This document shows positions 29,800-39,717 of a DNA stretch of 64,000 bases, one piece after another. Position numbers and translations under genes: made by a program. The stretch's first letter is position 1; each line of letters begins with the position of its first letter. The notes beneath the pieces are model-generated. The model was not told where the DNA came from, did not search any database, and saw only the letters and a list, made by a program, of their open reading frames with translations. This stretch comes from Bacteroidales bacterium (lineage in GTDB: Bacteria; Bacteroidota; Bacteroidia; Bacteroidales; VadinHA17). The stretch lies in the NCBI GenBank assembly GCA_025454815.1, contig JALONR010000007.1, positions 2,445-66,444 of the forward strand, read 5' to 3'.

Positions 29800-32169
29800 A
29801 TGAAAATGACAGACAGAGTTTTGAAGCTTAGGGAACAAAGCCTCAACGCAACAGAGACCATCACGGCCGAGCGTGCCCAGCTGATAACAAGGTTCTATTC
29901 CGGCCGCGAAGCCCAGGGGTTGTCGGCTCCAGTCCTGAGGGCCCGGGCCTTTGAATACCTGCTGAGTAACAAGGCTATATGCATCAATGAAGGTGAACTC
30001 ATTGTTGGTGAAAGAGGCCCTGCTCCCAAAGCTACTCCTACCTACCCGGAGATAAGCCTTCACTCCCTTCAGGATCTTGAAATACTCGACAGCCGCGAGA
30101 AGGTCTATTTCAGGGTCAGCGATGAGGTTAAGAAGATTTACAGCGAAGAGATTATTCCTTACTGGAAGGGACGGAGCAACCGAGACCGCATCATGGAACG
30201 GATGACCCCGGAGTGGCTTGCCGCCTACAGGGCAGGGATCTTTACCGAGTTCCAGGAACAGCGAGCCCCGGGGCACACCGTTCTGGGATACAAGATGTTT
30301 CATACAGGTTTTCAGGATCTTAAAAGGGAAATTGCCGATGCTGCCGCCGCCCTGGATTTCCGGAATGACCCGCATGCCTATGAGAGGAGTGAAGAACTGA
30401 AGGCAATGGATATAGCCTGTGATGCCATTATCATGTATGCCGGCCGGCATGCAGAGAAGCTGGAATCACTGGCCCTGGAGGAGAAGGATGCCGGAAGGAG
30501 GAGCGAGCTTGTGAAAATGGCTGCCGTATGCCGCCGCGTTCCGGCTCATGCACCGGAATCATTCCATGAGATGCTGCAGCACTACTGGTTCATACATCTC
30601 GGCGTAGTCACCGAACTGAATCCATGGGACTCATTTAACCCCGGAAGGCTCGACCAGCACCTGTGGCCCGTATACAGCAGGGAAGTCAGGAATGGCGCCC
30701 TTACACCGGAGGATGCATATGAACTCCTCGGATGCTTCTGGGTCAAATTCAATAATCACCCGTCACCTCCGAAGATGGGAGTCACAGCGCAGGAAAGCAA
30801 TACCTACACTGATTTCTGCCTGATAAACCTCGGCGGCGTGAAGCCTGACGGCACCGATGCCGTTAACCCGATGTCATATATCCTCCTTGATGTAATCAGG
30901 GAGATGCGGATACTGCAGCCCAGTTCAATGGTGCAGGTCAGCCGTAAAAATCCTGACTCATTTGTGCATAAGGCGCTGGATATAATCAGGACAGGATTCG
31001 GCCAGCCGTCGGTATTCAACACTGAAGCCATAATACAGGAACTGCTCAGGCAGGGCAAAAGCATAGTTGATGCACGCAACGGCGGAGCCTCTGGTTGCGT
31101 TGAGACGGGCGCCTTCGGCACCGAATGCTACTGGCTGACCGGATACTTCAACCTGGTGAAGATACTGGAGGTGACCCTCTACAACGGCTTCGATCCGCGC
31201 ACAGGTGTACAGGTAGGCCCGAAAACAGGGGACCCCGCCTCTTTCACCACGTTTGATGATTTCATGCTCGCCTACAGGGAACAGATCAGTTACTTCGCCG
31301 ATGTCAAGGTGAGAGGTAACAATGTGATCGAGAAGACCTTCGCACTCCATCTCCCGGTACCGTTCCTGTCGCTGCTGCTTGAAGACTGTATTGCCAACGG
31401 TAAGGATTACAATGCCGGGGGGGCAAGATACAACACCACATATATACAGGGTGTGGGCCTCGGAAGCATTACCGACATCCTCACCTCCGTAAGGTTCAAT
31501 GTTTATGACCGGAAACGGTTCACCTGGAATGAACTCCTTACAGCACTGAAAAACAACTTTGAGGGGCAGGAGCAGATGCAGTATGACATGATCTACAACA
31601 CCCCGAAGTACGGGAATGATGATGATTACGCGGATGCCCAGGCCGTGGCAGTGTTTGAATTCTTCCATGATGCCGTCAGCGGCAGACCAACCCCGCGGGG
31701 AGGCACTCACCGTATCAATATGCTCCCTACAACCTCACACGTCTATTTTGGAAATGTGACCGGCGCAACGCCTGACGGCCGTAAGGCATATGTTCCGCTC
31801 TCCGAAGGCATATCTCCGTTCCAGGGGGTAGACCGCCAGGGTCCCACAGCCGTGATCAAGTCGGCATCAAAGATTGACCACCTCAGAACAGGCGGTACAC
31901 TGCTCAACCAGAAGTTCTCACCCGAGTTCTTTGAGGACGAAGGGAGCTATCAGAAGCTTACTGCCCTCATACGCAGCTACTTCAGCCTTGACGGCCATCA
32001 TATACAGTTCAACGTTGTCAATGCCGCCACGCTTCGCGATGCTCAGAAAAACCCTGAAATGTACCGTGACCTCATTGTACGTGTAGCAGGTTACAGTGAT
32101 TACTTCAATGACCTTGGTGAAGACCTGCAGAACGAGATCATCCGTAGGACGGAACACCAAGGGATGTGA
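29800..32169 (+). CDS. glycyl radical enzyme, PFL2 / glycerol-dehydratase-like family, substrate unknown
   Basis: Glycyl radical motif RVAGYSDYF (Gly codon at 32089-32091) and Cys loop GGASGCVETG. About 789 aa from the ATG at 29800. Confidence 0.9.
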   Translation: MKMTDRVLKLREQSLNATETITAERAQLITRFYSGREAQGLSAPVLRARAFEYLLSNKAICINEGELIVGERGPAPKATPTYPEISLHSLQDLEILDSREKVYFRVSDEVKKIYSEEIIPYWKGRSNRDRIMERMTPEWLAAYRAGIFTEFQEQRAPGHTVLGYKMFHTGFQDLKREIADAAAALDFRNDPHAYERSEELKAMDIACDAIIMYAGRHAEKLESLALEEKDAGRRSELVKMAAVCRRVPAHAPESFHEMLQHYWFIHLGVVTELNPWDSFNPGRLDQHLWPVYSREVRNGALTPEDAYELLGCFWVKFNNHPSPPKMGVTAQESNTYTDFCLINLGGVKPDGTDAVNPMSYILLDVIREMRILQPSSMVQVSRKNPDSFVHKALDIIRTGFGQPSVFNTEAIIQELLRQGKSIVDARNGGASGCVETGAFGTECYWLTGYFNLVKILEVTLYNGFDPRTGVQVGPKTGDPASFTTFDDFMLAYREQISYFADVKVRGNNVIEKTFALHLPVPFLSLLLEDCIANGKDYNAGGARYNTTYIQGVGLGSITDILTSVRFNVYDRKRFTWNELLTALKNNFEGQEQMQYDMIYNTPKYGNDDDYADAQAVAVFEFFHDAVSGRPTPRGGTHRINMLPTTSHVYFGNVTGATPDGRKAYVPLSEGISPFQGVDRQGPTAVIKSASKIDHLRTGGTLLNQKFSPEFFEDEGSYQKLTALIRSYFSLDGHHIQFNVVNAATLRDAQKNPEMYRDLIVRVAGYSDYFNDLGEDLQNEIIRRTEHQGM

Positions 32170-32329
32170 CGCATCTGAAGGCCAGTAGTGCGTTTAAGTA
32201 TATTTCTCTTCCGAAAGCCATTTTTAATGGTTTTTAGTTGTTTTTCCGTTAAATTTTTACTATATTTTGTAAGATTTAACAGCTGCCCCTTTCCGTTGAT
32301 CCGGAAAATTAAGTGCAGCAGCTAAAGCC

Positions 32330-33034
32330 TTGGCCGTGAAGAAGATATTTGACTATTTCGACACCCGCTACAGGGCTGAGATGCTTGGCAGGCCTGCCGA
32401 TCAGACAGGCCCGGTGATCACGATATCAAGACTTACCGGTTGTGATGGCAGGGAGGTGGCTGCCGAGCTGGTGGCTCAGTTGAATATGAGGTATAATACC
32501 AACAGGTGGAAATGGGTTGACAAGGACATCATCTACCACGCAGCCCATGAGCTGAAGACTGACACCAACCGTGTTGAGACCTATTACCAGGGTCTTGGAA
32601 TGACTGACATTTCACAGATGATAATGGCTTTCTCAGGCTCTTTTGTCACTGACAGTTCGGTGAAGAAGGCCATTAAGGAGGTGGTTACCTCAATTGCCCG
32701 TGACGGTTATGCAGTGATTATTGGAAGGGGAGGGGTCTCAATCACCCATGATATGGCCAATGCGCTGCATGTAAGGCTTGTGGCTCCCATTTACTGGAGG
32801 GTCCAGAATGTGATGAAAAAGAAAGGGATGATCATTGAGAAGGCTGAGGAGTATGTTATCCAGACTGACGAAAAAAGAAACAGGCTTATTGTCGATTTCC
32901 TTGACAAAAAGCCGCAGAGCATTGATTTTCTCTTTGATGTAACGCTTAACAGGAGCAGCTTCACGCTGGAGCAGATCTCGTCGCTGATACTGACAATGTA
33001 CGAGACAAAGCTGGGTGTGAAGGTGCAAGGATAA
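32330..33034 (+). CDS. cytidylate kinase-like family protein
   Basis: Contains PVITISRLTGCDGREVAAELV, typical of the Cytidylate_kin2-like family. The start codon is non-ATG (TTG at 32330 or GTG at 32336). Confidence 0.7.
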   Translation: MAVKKIFDYFDTRYRAEMLGRPADQTGPVITISRLTGCDGREVAAELVAQLNMRYNTNRWKWVDKDIIYHAAHELKTDTNRVETYYQGLGMTDISQMIMAFSGSFVTDSSVKKAIKEVVTSIARDGYAVIIGRGGVSITHDMANALHVRLVAPIYWRVQNVMKKKGMIIEKAEEYVIQTDEKRNRLIVDFLDKKPQSIDFLFDVTLNRSSFTLEQISSLILTMYETKLGVKVQG

Positions 33035-33091
33035 AGCTGTGTTTTTTCAGAGTTTGGCACAGCTGGCTGGTTGTTTAACAGGAGGGTAGGT

Positions 33092-33135
33092 GAAAGGGCC
33101 GGGTTACTTTGGTTTCCGGCCCTTTCCGATTTTGT
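33092..33135 (+). terminator. stem-loop terminator between convergent genes
   Basis: 11-bp stem GAAAGGGCCGG / CCGGCCCTTTC followed by CGATTTTG. Confidence 0.55.
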
Positions 33136-33208
33136 GCCCGCATTTGCCGATAACTCCATTAAGAGAGTTCCGGATGGAACCTGATGCAGAGAGCAGCACC
33201 TCTGATCC

Positions 33209-34516
33209 CTAAAGGCAGCATATTTTAGCTATGCGGCTGATATGCTCTGATGTTCGTTTATCAAGTGACAGTGCATAGTTATCCCAGTCTTCAATCAGGA
33301 GGCGTGCTACCCCGGTCTCAATGGCTGCCCTGGCCACCGCCGGCGCTACCCTGGATATCAGCCTCGGATCCAGTGGCTTGGGGATGATGTATTCCCTTCC
33401 GAATTCAAGGCTTTCCAGGTTGTATGCTTTGAGAACCGATTCAGGAACCTTCTCCTTTGCGAGCTCTGCCAGTGCCCTTGTCGCACCCAGTTTCATCTCC
33501 TCGTTTATGGTTCTGGCCCTCACGTCCAGTGCTCCCCTGAAAATGAAAGGAAACCCAAGCACGTTATTGATCTGGTTGGGATAGTCAGACCTTCCCGTTG
33601 CGAAAATCAGGTCATCACGGGTGGCCATTGCATCCTCAAAGCTTATTTCGGGGTCGGGGTTTGCCATGGCAAACACAATCGGATCAGGAGCCATGGTGCT
33701 CAGCATTTCCCTTGTTAGCATGTTTGCCACCGAGAGACCGAGGAAGAGATCGGATCCCTTCACCGCCTCGGCAAGAGTGTTTATGTCACGGTCGGTGACC
33801 CACTCCATCTTGTATTTATTGAGGTCAGTCCTCTTTTTATTGATCACCCCCTTGCTGTCAACCATTATGATATTTTCTTTCTTCACGCCCAGGGCCACAT
33901 AGAGCCTGGTGCATGAGTTGGCGGCAGCGCCTGCGCCGCAGACCACCACCTTAAGGTCAGGCAGCTTCTTGCCGTTGATCTCAACTGCATTGAGCAATCC
34001 GGCCGCCGAAATGATGGCTGTGCCATGCTGGTCATCATGAAACACCGGGATGTCAAGCATCTCCTTCAGCCTTGTCTCAACTTCAAAGCATTCAGGCGCC
34101 TTGATATCCTCCAGGTTGATGCCGCCAAATGTCGGGGCAAGCTTTGCACATATCTCTATCAGCTTTTCAGGATCCTTTTCATCTACTTCAATGTCAAAGA
34201 CATCAACATCGGCAAAAACCTTGAAAAGAAGTCCCTTACCCTCCATTACCGGCTTCCCGGCAAGAGCGCCTATGTCTCCCAGGCCCAAAACGGCGGTACC
34301 GTTGGAGATCACTGCCACAAGGTTTCCCTTGGCCGTATAATTATAGGCATCATCAGGATTTTTTTCGATCTCAAGGCATGGATGGGCCACACCTGGTGTG
34401 TAGGCCAGACTTAAATCAAACTGGGTACAGTAAGGCTTCGTGGGAATGACCTCCACCTTGCCCTTCCGTCCGCGACTGTGGTAAAGGAGCGCATCCTCTT
34501 TAGTGGCTTTTGGCAT
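33209..34516 (-). CDS. NAD(P)-dependent malic enzyme (short form, no PTA domain)
   Basis: N-terminus [20 protein letters not shown]...[10 protein letters not shown] and Rossmann motif [11 protein letters not shown]. 435 aa. Confidence 0.9.
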   Translation of the reverse strand: MPKATKEDALLYHSRGRKGKVEVIPTKPYCTQFDLSLAYTPGVAHPCLEIEKNPDDAYNYTAKGNLVAVISNGTAVLGLGDIGALAGKPVMEGKGLLFKVFADVDVFDIEVDEKDPEKLIEICAKLAPTFGGINLEDIKAPECFEVETRLKEMLDIPVFHDDQHGTAIISAAGLLNAVEINGKKLPDLKVVVCGAGAAANSCTRLYVALGVKKENIIMVDSKGVINKKRTDLNKYKMEWVTDRDINTLAEAVKGSDLFLGLSVANMLTREMLSTMAPDPIVFAMANPDPEISFEDAMATRDDLIFATGRSDYPNQINNVLGFPFIFRGALDVRARTINEEMKLGATRALAELAKEKVPESVLKAYNLESLEFGREYIIPKPLDPRLISRVAPAVARAAIETGVARLLIEDWDNYALSLDKRTSEHISRIAKICCL

Positions 34517-34688
34517 GACAGAATGTGATTAGATTGTGAGTTTTCTGAAAGATCTTATTAGTACTACGAATTTATGATATTTCAGGGACAGCTCCTATTT
34601 TTTCGGAATATTATACAACATTCCCTTTGCACTCTTTGGGAAAATAGATATTTTCATTGCCTTAAACAGAACCCTGATCAGACATACT

Positions 34689-35633
34689 ATGAACTCAGCA
34701 ATTCAGAACACAGCCATTGGCGTTGACATTGGCGGCAGCCACATTACAGCAGTAGCCGTTGACATGGCGGCACATCGTATCATCAGCGGATCGCGTGCCG
34801 AAAGCCCTGTTGACAACAAGGCAGAGGCAGATGAGATCCTTACTATATGGAGTGACACGCTGAGGCAGGTTATGAAGGGAATTCAGATCTTCAACCTGAG
34901 GGGAATCGGATTTGCCATGCCAGGCCCATTTGATTATGCCAATGGCATATGCCTTATCAGGGGAGTTGATAAATATGAAAAACTTTACGGTGTCAATGTG
35001 GGTAAGGCTGTCAGCTCCCGGCTGGGACTTCCTTGTGACTGCAGGGTGAGATTCATGAATGATGCCAGCTCATTTGCGGTGGGTGAGGCATGGGCCGGTA
35101 AGGCTGCAGGCTTCAGAAGGATAATGGCTATCACCCTTGGTACCGGCTTCGGATCAGCATTCCTGGAAGACCGTATTCCTGTTGTTGAAGGCGACAGGGT
35201 ACCAAAGATGGGATGCGTTTATCACCTTCCCTTTGGCAAAGGCATAGCTGACGATTATTTTTCAACCCGTTGGTTCACTGCACGCTACCGTGAAGTGACC
35301 GGACAGGAGGCTGCAGGCGTCAGGGAGGTGGCCATCATGGCCGGCAGGGCACCCGAAGTACTTGAAATATTCAATGAATTTGGCACTTCCCTGGGAGGTT
35401 TACTCGCTCCCTGGCTGAACAGATTCGGTGCCGAGATCCTGGTCATCGGAGGGAATGTATCCTACGCATGGAACCTGTTCGGCCCGGCCATGGAAGAGGC
35501 TCTCCGGAGAGAGAACTGCAATGTGCAGACAACAATCTCCGAACTGAAGGAGGATGCTGCACTCCTGGGAAGTGCATATCTCCTTAATGATGGATTCTGG
35601 AAGGCTGTGCAGCCTGCCCTCCCCCTGATGTAA
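34689..35633 (+). CDS. ROK-family sugar kinase
   Basis: Contains GVDIGGSHITAV and ITLGTGFGSAF motifs. 314 aa. I did not see the classical CxCGxxGC zinc motif. Confidence 0.8.
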   Translation: MNSAIQNTAIGVDIGGSHITAVAVDMAAHRIISGSRAESPVDNKAEADEILTIWSDTLRQVMKGIQIFNLRGIGFAMPGPFDYANGICLIRGVDKYEKLYGVNVGKAVSSRLGLPCDCRVRFMNDASSFAVGEAWAGKAAGFRRIMAITLGTGFGSAFLEDRIPVVEGDRVPKMGCVYHLPFGKGIADDYFSTRWFTARYREVTGQEAAGVREVAIMAGRAPEVLEIFNEFGTSLGGLLAPWLNRFGAEILVIGGNVSYAWNLFGPAMEEALRRENCNVQTTISELKEDAALLGSAYLLNDGFWKAVQPALPLM

Positions 35634-35653
35634 GACTGAACAACCTTAATAAT

Positions 35654-36823
35654 ATGAATGAGAAAAAAATCGAGATGAGACTGGTGACGCCGGTGCTCCT
35701 CTCCTTCTTTGTGATGAGTTTTGTAGACCTGGTGGGAATCGGCAAGGACAGGGTTGCAGGTGACCTGGGACTAAGTGACTTCATCCTGGGACTTATACCA
35801 TTCGCTGCCTTCGTCTGGTTCTTCATCCTTTCCGTACCCGTTGGAATCATACAGGCCCGGGTAGGCAAAAGGAAGATGCTGAACATCGGTATGATCATTA
35901 CCGGGGTGGGGCTTTTCATACCCTATTTCTTCTATAACTTTGTGACTGTGATTGCAGGCTTCGCCCTGCTGGGAATAGGGAATACCATTGTGCAGGTCTC
36001 AGCAAACCCACTCCTGGTGGATGTGGTGCCTGGGCGCAGAGCCTCAAGTTTCCTCAGCTTTTCACAGTTCATCAAAGCCATAGGCTCAATGCTGGCAGCC
36101 CCGCTGGCAGCTATGCTCGCAAGCCGCTTCGGCGACTGGAAGCTTCTTTTCCTGGTTTACGGCATAATTTCATTCCTCAGTGTTCTCTGGCTGGGAACTG
36201 TAAAAATAGAGGAGAGCGCCGCAACGGAAACCAAGGCCTCAATGGCTTCAGCCTTCAGGTTGCTGGGCAATTCATACATCCTGATGATGGTGCTTTCAAT
36301 ATTCCTTGTCGTCGGGATTGATGTGGGGTTCAACTATTTCTCGGGTAAATACCTTGCAGCAAGGTTTGGCTTTGAGGAGGTAACCGCACAATCCGGACGC
36401 AGCGTCTATTTCTTCGGACGTATGCTGGGCACATTCGCGGGAGCGCTTATCCTTACAAAACTCTCCTCCACAAGGGGTTTTCTCTACAGTGCAATCCTGT
36501 CAATCGTTACTATCCTGCTGATCATGATCATCCCTGTGTCGAAGGGTGCAGCCTGGATACTTGTATTCCTCATCGGCCTCGGAGTGGCAAATATCTTTCC
36601 TCTTGTCTTCTCACTTACGGTACAGAGATACCCTGAGAGGAGCAATGAGATCTCCGGCCTTATGATGATGGCCATTTCAGGAGGCGCACTGATACCACCC
36701 CTCATGGGCCTTGTAAGCGATGCAATGGGGGTGGTGCCTGGTATGGGGGTGTTGCTGCTCTGTGCTGCTTACCTGCTTGTTGTGTCGTGGATCATTATCA
36801 GAAAGAAGATTGTCAACATCTGA
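35654..36823 (+). CDS. MFS sugar transporter (FucP/GluP-like)
   Basis: 12-TM hydrophobic profile with IGNTIVQVSANPLL, typical of the FucP/GluP subfamily. Confidence 0.8.
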   Translation: MNEKKIEMRLVTPVLLSFFVMSFVDLVGIGKDRVAGDLGLSDFILGLIPFAAFVWFFILSVPVGIIQARVGKRKMLNIGMIITGVGLFIPYFFYNFVTVIAGFALLGIGNTIVQVSANPLLVDVVPGRRASSFLSFSQFIKAIGSMLAAPLAAMLASRFGDWKLLFLVYGIISFLSVLWLGTVKIEESAATETKASMASAFRLLGNSYILMMVLSIFLVVGIDVGFNYFSGKYLAARFGFEEVTAQSGRSVYFFGRMLGTFAGALILTKLSSTRGFLYSAILSIVTILLIMIIPVSKGAAWILVFLIGLGVANIFPLVFSLTVQRYPERSNEISGLMMMAISGGALIPPLMGLVSDAMGVVPGMGVLLLCAAYLLVVSWIIIRKKIVNI

Positions 36824-36889
36824 TTCATGGGGCTGACAGGCAACTGCCCCACTGCCCTGTTCTTTGTAAATAATTAAAAAAGTGAAATC

Positions 36890-38413
36890 ATGAAGCGAAT
36901 CATTCCCGTTTTCATGCTGCTTCTCCTCTGGTCATGCACCAGGCAGGAGCCGTTGCGGCCGAACATCATCTACATCATGACGGATGACCATGCCTACCAG
37001 GCGGTCGGAGCCTACGGAAGTGAAATCAACAGTACACCCAACCTTGACCGTATTGCTGATGAGGGAATTATCTTCCGCAACAGCTTTGTGTGCAATTCAA
37101 TATGTGCTCCAAGCAGGGCGGCGCTCCTGACCGGAAAGCACAGCCATGCCAACGGCCATACTGACAACAGGGCCAGGTTTGACAGCTCACAGGTTACCTT
37201 TCCAAAATTGCTTCAGCAGGCCGGATATCAGACTGCAATTATAGGCAAATGGCACCTGAAGAGTGAACCGACAGGATTTGACTACTGGAGCATTCTGCCG
37301 GGTCAGGGGAGCTACTATAATCCTGATTTCATAGAGGCGGGCCGCACCTACCGTCAGACAGGCTATGCCACCACAATCATTACGGACAAGGCCATAGAGT
37401 GGCTGCAGAAGAGAGATACTGCCAGACCGTTCTGCCTCCTGGTGCATCACAAGGCTCCCCACCGCAACTGGATGCCTGATACCCTTGACTTTGATCTGTT
37501 TGACGGTGCCGAATTCCCGGTACCGTCCACCTACTTTGATACCTATGAGGGGAGGCAGGCGGCCGCCCTCCAGGAGATGAGTGTCATAAAGGACATGCGG
37601 TTGTCATCTGACCTCAAGATCACCGGCGCCGACGGTGACTCCCTTTCCCGGACCGAAAAGGACTACCTCTGGTATCTCAACCATCGCATGACTCCGGAAC
37701 AGAGAAAGGCATGGATGAAAGAGTATGACAGCATCAGCAGTGCTTTCCTCGCTCACAGGCCCGAGGGTGACTCCCTGGCTCTGTACAAACTGAACAGGTA
37801 CCTTACAGACTATCTGCGGACGATTGAATCGGTTGACCGGAACACCGGCAGGCTCCTGGATTACCTCGAATCAGCCGGGCTGATGAAGAATACCCTTGTG
37901 ATCTATACTTCTGACCAGGGCTTTTATCTCGGAGAACACGGCTGGTTCGACAAGCGATTCATGTACGAGGAGTCGTTCCGAACGCCATTGCTGATGCGTC
38001 TGCCTGAACCGCTCTCCGCACACGGTGACATAACGGAGATGGTTCAGAATATTGACTTCGCACCCACTTTCCTCGAGCTTGCCGGTGTGGAACCCCCGGC
38101 TGAGATGCAGGGAGTCTCCCTGGTCCCGCTCCTTAGGGGACATAAACCTGGAAACTGGCGTGATGCCCTTTATTACCATTATTACGAGTATCCTGCTGAG
38201 CACGCGGTGAGAAAGCACTACGGCGTTCGCACCGACAGGTATAAACTGATCCATTTCTATGATGAGATCGATGCGTGGGAACTCTTTGACCTCCAGGCAG
38301 ACCCTCATGAAATGCATAACCTGATTGACGATCCTGCCTATGAGAAGGTGGAACGGCTCCTCAGGAAGAAACTGGCTGCCCTGAGAAAAGAGTACAGGGT
38401 GCCGGAAGAATAA
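36890..38413 (+). CDS. S1-family sulfatase lipoprotein (N-acetylglucosamine-6-sulfatase-like)
   Basis: Lipobox LLLWSC, IIYIMTDDHA, and the formylglycine motif CAPSRAALLTG. Confidence 0.9.
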   Translation: MKRIIPVFMLLLLWSCTRQEPLRPNIIYIMTDDHAYQAVGAYGSEINSTPNLDRIADEGIIFRNSFVCNSICAPSRAALLTGKHSHANGHTDNRARFDSSQVTFPKLLQQAGYQTAIIGKWHLKSEPTGFDYWSILPGQGSYYNPDFIEAGRTYRQTGYATTIITDKAIEWLQKRDTARPFCLLVHHKAPHRNWMPDTLDFDLFDGAEFPVPSTYFDTYEGRQAAALQEMSVIKDMRLSSDLKITGADGDSLSRTEKDYLWYLNHRMTPEQRKAWMKEYDSISSAFLAHRPEGDSLALYKLNRYLTDYLRTIESVDRNTGRLLDYLESAGLMKNTLVIYTSDQGFYLGEHGWFDKRFMYEESFRTPLLMRLPEPLSAHGDITEMVQNIDFAPTFLELAGVEPPAEMQGVSLVPLLRGHKPGNWRDALYYHYYEYPAEHAVRKHYGVRTDRYKLIHFYDEIDAWELFDLQADPHEMHNLIDDPAYEKVERLLRKKLAALRKEYRVPEE

Positions 38414-38428
38414 TAAAAAGACCCGAAA

Positions 38429-39697
38429 ATGTCAGAAAATTCATTGAAGAGAAGAGATTTTATCAGGCGCGGGGCTGTTGCCGGTGCCGCACTTACAATT
38501 ATACCAAGGCATGTGCTTGGCGGCAGGGGTTACCTGCCCCCGAGTGACCAGCTGACAAAGGGTATCGTCGGTGTCGGGGGAATGGGACTGGGGCATTTCA
38601 ATTATGAAAACACGCGCCTCCTTGCCGTTTGTGATGTCGATGCATCACACCTGCAGAGGGCCCTTGACAGGGCTGGCAGCGGGGTTAAGGGTTACCGCGA
38701 TTTCCGGGAACTGATATCGAGGCCTGATATAGACATAGTCCATATTGCCACTCCGCCTCACTGGCATGGCGTGATAGCAAGCTTGGCCGCCGGTGCCGGA
38801 AAGGATATCTGGTGTGAAAAACCAATGACCCGCACCATCGGAGAAGGGAAAAGCCTGGTTGAGGCAGTCAAGGCAAACGGGAGGATGTTCAGGCTGAATA
38901 CATGGTTTCGATTTACCGGGCAATTCTACGGCCTGGGTACTACAGTGAAACCGTTGAAAAAGATTGTCGCCAGCGGTATACTCGGATGGCCGCTGAAGGT
39001 GACCATCAGCGGTATTACCGGCTATGACTGGAAATTCTACTGGAGCGGAAAAACTGACCTTCAGCCCGAACCGGTTCCCGGCGGCCTCGATTATGACATG
39101 TGGCTGGGGCCGGCACCATACAGACCATACAACAAACTCAGGGTTCATGAGAACTTCCGGGGATACTGGGATTATGACGGGGGAGGCCTCGGCGACATGG
39201 GGCAGCACTATATTGACCCCGTGCAGTACCTTCTTGACAAGGACCACACCAGCCCCGTTTCCGTGGAGGTTGACGCCCCGCAGCAACACTATGACGCAGT
39301 CGGATCATGGCGAAGGATTACCTATACATACGATGACGGCTGCCAGATAATCCTTGACGGTGAAAACCGCGATAAGGATGCAGCCTATATAGAAGGCCCT
39401 CACGGAAAAATATACAAGGGTTTCCTTTCTGATATCCCGAACCTCCCTGAACTTGTAAGCAGGCTTCCGGATCCGGAGCCACAGGTAACAATCTTTTCCG
39501 AGTCTGTCAGGACAAGGAAGCAGTTCGCCCTTAACGAGGAGAATGGCCACCGGTCATGCACCATAGTAAACATGGGCGTTGTGGCCCTCCGGCTGGGAAG
39601 GAACCTGAAATTTGACCCCGTCAGGCAGCTCTTCATCGGAGATGACGCCGCCAATGCACTCATAGAACAGCCTATGAGAGGTGAATGGCATATGTAA
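38429..39697 (+). CDS. Gfo/Idh/MocA-family oxidoreductase with twin-arginine signal
   Basis: TAT signal KRRDFIRRGAVAGAALTI, a Rossmann N-terminal domain, and the CEKPM motif. Confidence 0.88.
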   Translation: MSENSLKRRDFIRRGAVAGAALTIIPRHVLGGRGYLPPSDQLTKGIVGVGGMGLGHFNYENTRLLAVCDVDASHLQRALDRAGSGVKGYRDFRELISRPDIDIVHIATPPHWHGVIASLAAGAGKDIWCEKPMTRTIGEGKSLVEAVKANGRMFRLNTWFRFTGQFYGLGTTVKPLKKIVASGILGWPLKVTISGITGYDWKFYWSGKTDLQPEPVPGGLDYDMWLGPAPYRPYNKLRVHENFRGYWDYDGGGLGDMGQHYIDPVQYLLDKDHTSPVSVEVDAPQQHYDAVGSWRRITYTYDDGCQIILDGENRDKDAAYIEGPHGKIYKGFLSDIPNLPELVSRLPDPEPQVTIFSESVRTRKQFALNEENGHRSCTIVNMGVVALRLGRNLKFDPVRQLFIGDDAANALIEQPMRGEWHM

Positions 39698-39717
39698 TAA
39701 CGGAGATACAGTATATC

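Noticed and set aside
33209-34516. The malic enzyme is only 435 aa, whereas many Bacteroidales MaeB proteins carry a C-terminal PTA-like domain. This raised the possibility of truncation.
   Set aside because: The ORF ends cleanly and is followed by non-coding DNA with hairpins. No PTA-like remnant is visible downstream in any frame. Short malic enzymes are common.
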